Origin: Lophium mytilinum
Lineage: Eukaryota
Length of the DNA stretch: 23,031 bases
NCBI GenBank assembly: GCA_010093605.1
Contig: MU004186.1
Coordinates: 823,765 to 846,795, forward strand
Direction: 5' to 3'
The notes under the pieces were generated by a model. It had not been told where the DNA came from and ran no database searches. It saw only the letters and a list, made by a program, of their open reading frames with translations. This document shows positions 20,577 through 23,031 of this stretch, in pieces. The translations under genes and the position numbers were made by a program. How positions within the stretch are numbered: the first letter of the stretch is position 1; each line of letters starts with the position of its first letter.

Positions 20577-20835
20577 TATAAGTTTTATAATAGTATAAGA
20601 GTTATATCCTTATATATAATAGGCTTAAAATCTATTAAATAAGAATAAAACTATAAGCGTTTAAAGGCAATATAAGGAATGTTAAAGATAATATTAGAAG
20701 AATATTAGAAAAGCGTTTTATAATATATTTATTAAGGTATATATATAACTCTATTACTAATAGTAATAGAACTTAGGTAATGTAATTCCTATCTATCTAT
20801 CTATCTATTCTTATACTAACCTTAAACTTTTAACA
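20577..20835 (+). mobile_element. Solo LTR (subfamily A), heavily RIPed
   Basis: TATAAGTTTT (RIPed TGTAAG)...TTTAACA. Near-TSD ACTAC/ACTAT with one C/T difference. Confidence 0.85.
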
Positions 20836-21230
20836 ACTATTACCTTCTAGAGAATATTAATAGCGCTAAAAAGTTCTATAGGCTATATGTTTTTATTATA
20901 TAAAAATATACTATATAGGCCACTTTAACTACTATATAAAAGATTTTTACTAGTGTATATACCCCTTATAGAAACTAAATCTATATAATAAACTATATTT
21001 ATCTACCTATTAATCTATATCTATATCTATTTATCTATATTACTAACTATCTAAAACTATCTATCTATCTGTCTTTATATCTCTCTATTTATTTATCTAT
21101 CTATCTTTCTTTCTTTTTAACTATATAACTATATATCTATATATCTTTATATCTATATATCTCTTTTTTTTATATAACTAATCCTATACCACTTATTTAC
21201 TTTCCTTTCTATAAGAAGGTTAGTAGTATT

Positions 21231-21257
21231 TATTAAAGGTATAAATTTGATATAAGA

Positions 21258-21290
<33 letters not shown>

Positions 21291-21488
21291 AAAATAGGAA
21301 TCATAATACTTAAGTTATTTTCTATATTAATAGCAACAAGTTATATATATATAGCATTTAATACATTATAAAACGTTTCTCTAACGTTTATTATATCACG
21401 TTTAAACGCTTACGGTTTTATTGTATTTTAAGGCTTTTAAGCCTATTATATATAAGGATATAATAGTTATGCTATTATAAAATTTTCA
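21231..21488 (-). mobile_element. Solo LTR, reverse orientation, lacking the internal ~21-bp unit
   Basis: TATTAAAGGTATA...GCTATTATAAAATTTTCA. Near-TSD GTATT/GTACT. Expanded (TAGA)n. Confidence 0.85.
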
Positions 21489-21818
21489 GTACTTATATCT
21501 AAATAAAAGTAGAAAGTATAGTAAAAATCATCTATTCTACTATTAAGTTAATATAATCTGTCTGTAGACTATATATACTACAACCTATACAACTAGTAAT
21601 AGTATACCTAATCTAAATTAGGATAAACTATACTAGGTAGTATTAGCACTATTAATATTCAATCCGTAACAGAGGTAAATATTACCTAAAAGACCTAGGT
21701 ACTATAAAGTATAAGACTTAAAGTAGTAGTACTTATAGTTAATTAATATTAATACATAGTTATTATATAGTAATATATTCTATAGAATAACAGTTTTATT
21801 ATTATAAAAGATTCTTTT

Positions 21819-22040
21819 TATAAGTTCTATAATAGTGTAAGCGTTATATCCTTTTATATAATAGGCTAAAAGGGCTTTAAGCAGAATAAAACATTAAGCT
21901 CTTAATATAATATAATAAATATTAGATAATATTAGATAAACGTTAGAGTAGTATTTTATAACGCATTAAACAGCATATATATATAACTCTGTTACTATTA
22001 GTATAGAATATATAATTTAAGTAATATATATCTATCTATC

Positions 22041-22110
<70 letters not shown>

Positions 22111-22142
22111 CTTATTCTTATACTAAAATTATATCTTTAATA
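21819..22142 (+). mobile_element. Solo LTR, heavily RIPed, with (TATC)n expanded to ~20 units
   Basis: TATAAGTTCTATAATAG...ATCTTTAATA. Flanks CTTTT/ATTTT. Colinear with the other copies. Confidence 0.8.
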
Positions 22143-22385
22143 ATTTTAGGCTAGTAGAGCTTCTATTAGTGTCTATATAATAGTTCTATCTATCCTAGTT
22201 AATAAATTAGAAACTGTTTGCTGCTATATAGTAGTTAGATTAAACCCCTATCTTCTATAGTATTTTATGCTAACTACTCTTCTAATAAATATAATCTTAG
22301 AATAGTTAAGATGCCTCTCTTAGTATACTAGTTAATCCCCTAACCTTAAGAGCGTTAGAGATTAGCTTCTAGTAAACTTCTAACG

Positions 22386-22642
22386 TGTAAGTTTTATAAT
22401 AGCATAAGCGCTATATCCTTACGCATAATAGGCTTAAAAGCCTTTAAATAGGACGAAACTGTAAGCGTTTAAATGTAATATAACGAATGTTAAATAATAT
22501 TATAAGAACGTTTAAGAAACATTTTATAATGCATTAGATGCTGTATATATACAACTCCGTTGCTATTAATATATAATAGAACTCTAGCAATACAGTTCCT
22601 ATCTATCTATCTATCTATCTATTCTTACATCGACCCTATATC
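22386..22642 (+). mobile_element. LTR (subfamily A) missing its last ~7 nt, abutting an inverted copy
   Basis: Starts TGTAAGTTTTATAATAGC and ends ...ATTCTTACATCGACCCTATATC, where consensus continues TTTGACA. Confidence 0.88.
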
Positions 22643-22903
22643 TATCAAAGGTATAGAGTCGATGGGAGAATAGATAGATAGATAGATAGATAGGAATTGT
22701 ATTGCTTGAGTTCTATTCTACATCGACAGCAACGGAGTATATATACAGCATTTAATGCATTATAAAACGTTTCTCTAACGTTCTTGTAACGTTATCCAAC
22801 GTTCGTTGTATCACGTTTAAACGCTCACGGTTTCGTCCCGTTTGAAGGCTTTTGAGCCTATTATGCGTAAGGATATAACGCTTATGCTATTGTAATCCTT
22901 ATA
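22643..22903 (-). mobile_element. LTR (subfamily B), 261 bp, least RIPed copy, reverse orientation
   Basis: TATCAAAGGTATAGAG...TTGTAATCCTTATA is the reverse complement of the 6570-6830 copy with RIPed termini. It retains many CpA/TpG. No matching TSD (ATATC / GCTAC). Confidence 0.9.
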
Positions 22904-23031
22904 GCTACTAGCCTTACTATTTTATTTTCTATTCTTTCTATTTTATATACTTTATATAGGCTATTTTATTACTATCTATATACCTATATATCTAGAAGCA
23001 TATCTTAAACTGTAGAAACCTTACCTTATTA

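Larger units (their letters stand above)
19177..23031. repeat. Second AT-rich RIP-degraded block, running off the window end
   Basis: No ORFs in the track, strong TpA enrichment, and five LTR copies plus a TIR element embedded. Confidence 0.9.

Noticed and set aside
22766..22803. Heat-shock element in the LTR
   Set aside because: Only half-matches (GAACGTTR rather than GAAnnTTC), and RIP reversal does not restore a canonical HSE.
19730..23031. Telomere or centromere call
   Set aside because: No TTAGGG arrays are present. AT-rich RIPed DNA alone cannot identify a centromere, and the nearby kinetochore gene is coincidental.

Overview
Eukaryotic DNA from a filamentous ascomycete (Pezizomycotina), judged from short spliceosomal GT-AG introns with CTRAC/CTRAY branch sites and a two-speed layout. 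Two GC-balanced gene islands (1-~3670 and ~9780-19176) alternate with two very AT-rich, TpA-rich/CpA-poor blocks (~3670-9780 and 19177-23031) that carry the signature of repeat-induced point mutation (RIP). The genes are an intronless TcuA/CobZ-like FAD oxidoreductase; a probable pseudogene with an in-frame TGA; a Cnl2/Nkp2 kinetochore gene divergent from EAF3; a 9-exon Pth11-like membrane protein; and a nicotinamide riboside kinase divergent from an ARMH3/DUF1741 gene. The AT-rich blocks can be partly resolved by eye. They hold eight near-complete solo LTRs of one ~260-bp TG...CA family, several with 5-bp target-site duplications, plus one remnant. They also hold two unrelated long-TIR non-autonomous DNA elements that share a GG...CC plus exact 8-bp TSD signature. 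The most notable observations are apparent insertion of one LTR subfamily into the 3' tip of its own family's LTRs, a spacerless ~520-bp LTR palindrome, a TIR element carrying a lightly RIPed ORF, and a dense PacC-type GCCARG cluster with a CACGTG box. I cannot support a wholly new multi-gene system from the sequence alone. Most short ORFs in the track are spurious or exon fragments.
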